DNA of 64,000 nucleotides from Podarcis vaucheri. Taxonomy: Eukaryota. The stretch is taken from NCBI GenBank assembly GCA_965113315.1, contig OZ220364.1; one strand, 5' to 3'. Below, piece by piece: positions 61,909 to 64,000 of this stretch; the first letter of the stretch is position 1; every line of letters starts with the position of its first letter. The notes under the pieces were generated by a model. The model had not been told where the DNA came from. It was given only the letters and a program-made list of their open reading frames with translations, and did no database searches. Position numbers and translations under genes: made by a program.

Positions 61909-64000
61909 CTACAGAAAGGGGGGACCCTCATATGAAACAGTTAACAGAAATTACTAATAAATATTTACAGACAGCATATTCACCTTCTACAACACCTCTC
62001 AGCCTCCTGGCTCTCATCCATGGCCCAAACAAACTTTCAGACTAACCCCCAAATAACTCACAATAAAGAGAGTTCCTGGAACGTGCTGGCATTACCATAG
62101 TTCTTTACTCTCAGGCTTGCTTTTATGGGCAATCAAATCCTATACCTGTTTAGTAAGAAACAGGTGAAACTCTGTTCTATGGGATTTACTCCCAACTATG
62201 TGAGTAGGGAACTGCACCCCTGTGTGTGTACACAGGTTGGCTAGTAATATTGGAAGACATGTATATGGCCGGCTTGTATTCTTATTGTGACAAAACATCG
62301 TTAAACCTGCTACCCAAAACTGTAGAGCTAACAATACCTACTTACTTTCAGTATCCAAACATTGTAAAACAGTAATTTGGCAGCCAAGGCTGGCTAAAAT
62401 TGTAGGCAGCCTTGGAAAAATGTCTTAGTGGCCGTTTTGATTCATTTGATATCCAGTATCATTTTGCCATAATCAAGAATATGATGGCAAGAACATGGTA
62501 AAAAATCTCCCATGAAACATCACTAAAAATAGAGTTACTGCTCAATCCTAAAGGACAATCTTATCACTATCAAGAGGATACCTACAGTAACCAAAAGATG
62601 TTCATTTACAACGAGCCAGAGACCCTGCTACCCAAACCTATGAAACACTGAGCAGCTGACAGAAACCAATCCTAAATCTCAAAAATATATTCTGTTTTCA
62701 TCCAGGTTCTGTTCTTCCTGCAGTTTTACACAATTATGCACCATGAAGCCAGATCAGAACTGAATGCTGGTATTGTGCCGCTGCATCAACCAACCCAAAC
62801 AAAGAAACACATGGTTGCCTTTCAAGGACTTGCACATTTTACAAAATGAGTGTTTCTTAAACGCTTCAGCATGTCCAGAAAAGCTTCTCTCTCACCTTTT
62901 TATTCACACACAGTTTAAATAGAAGCCGTTAACAGCTGCCTACCAACCAAGTGGCCATGGATGAGTCATTTGCAAAACACTCCTTGATCAAAAGAGTAAG
63001 GCAACACTGTTAAAGCTGCTAAAAACACACAGCATTCAGATCCAACAGAGCGACTTAACGCAATGAAAATACTGTATTGAGTTAAGCAAACAATTGGGTG
63101 GCAGCACAACGCCTAACTGTGGCAGTTTTTAGGGCTTTCATTGAACAGCTTGCTGTCTGCTCTGCATCACTGCTCACCATAACATCACCTGAATACAAGG
63201 CTACAGACTGTTACAATTGAGGCACTGTTATTTCCCCCAAAGTGGAGTCGTATAATTAGCTGCCAAATTCACTCAGATGACATACGCTGTATTATGAAAG
63301 CACTGTGCAATTAAAGAGTGTCATAATGTTGTCATGAAGGAGAGAAGATTCCATGAAACACAAGTGAAGCAGGCATGAAGATGATGAGTTGTCAGAGAAT
63401 AAAACAATTTCCTTTGTTTTGCAGAGCATTTACCTGAAGTTCCAAAATCCACTACAAGCTCCATTTTAAAGAATGCTCAAATTAAATGACTGTTGTATGC
63501 GCCACTGCACATGACCTCTTGTTCTATTTCTCCTCAAATGATGCCAATAAGTCAGAGACCATGTGCAGAAGGTAATGACATCACAAAAAATAGGTATATA
63601 ATGAAGATCTGGTCATTTTCTAGCATCACAAAGGAGCAAACATAGCACATTTTCCTCTGTTTTTAATGGTATATAATTAGGCTTTTGTGTGCTAATTTGC
63701 TAGTAGAAATAATGACATGTTTGGGAGCTTACAATCCTATCATCACCCCAAGCCATTCAAACCAATGACACTATACTAGCTCACTTTGGTTACTGTTTCT
63801 CAAGGGACTTATTAAAAAACTTCCAGAATAATTACCATTGGTTCAGTCTACATAAATATATCTTGCAATGCATTATACATAGCCCTTGATTTTTATTCTA
63901 ATGTTCACCAAACCCACACATGTAAGAGCAACAAGATATAAGAGGCCCGACTTCGTATTTGAGCAGGCCATTTATCCTGTGCAGGTTATACTTTTGTTTG

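Noticed and set aside
63178-63451. Further minus-strand micro-exon candidates (63178-63188 or 63178-63200; 63434-63451 WILELQ)
   Set aside because: Good donors (gtgagc, gtaaat) but poor polypyrimidine tracts; not supportable without RNA data.
54000-64000. TKT or RFT1 as the minus-strand neighbour, expected from human synteny
   Set aside because: No matching peptides were found; the exon at 59630-59689 identifies PFKFB4.

Overview
Vertebrate genomic DNA from a squamate, probably a lacertid lizard, judging from its Sauria SINEs, a POM/Squam2-type SINE, Squam3-like SINEs, CR1/L2 fragments and Tc1/mariner and hAT MITEs. The + strand carries the complete coding region of protein kinase C delta (PRKCD): 17 GT-AG coding exons from ATG 20554 to TAG 46275, 2046 nt, 681 aa. 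About 20 kb of upstream sequence is probably 5' intron, and no CpG-island promoter is visible. The - strand, converging on PRKCD, carries the 3' end of PFKFB4 (6-phosphofructo-2-kinase/fructose-2,6-bisphosphatase 4), recognised by its C-terminal peptide NVDISRPPEEALVTVPAHQ*. The catalytic exons lie beyond the window. The most unusual structure is in PFKFB4: an array of short alternative C-terminal exons encoding tails of 18-19 aa. It comprises the canonical tail, two basic tails with kinase-consensus motifs (FGKRRQTVISYSREVTRHY*, SPRRRITTVILPAASRPC*) and a diverged duplicate (NVCVSRSREEALRTVPNHL*) that leads into a long 3' UTR. Candidate frame-shifting micro-exons lie upstream of the array. 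All gene and family calls rest on manual translation and recall of known sequences, not on database searches. Most entries in the ORF track are spurious.
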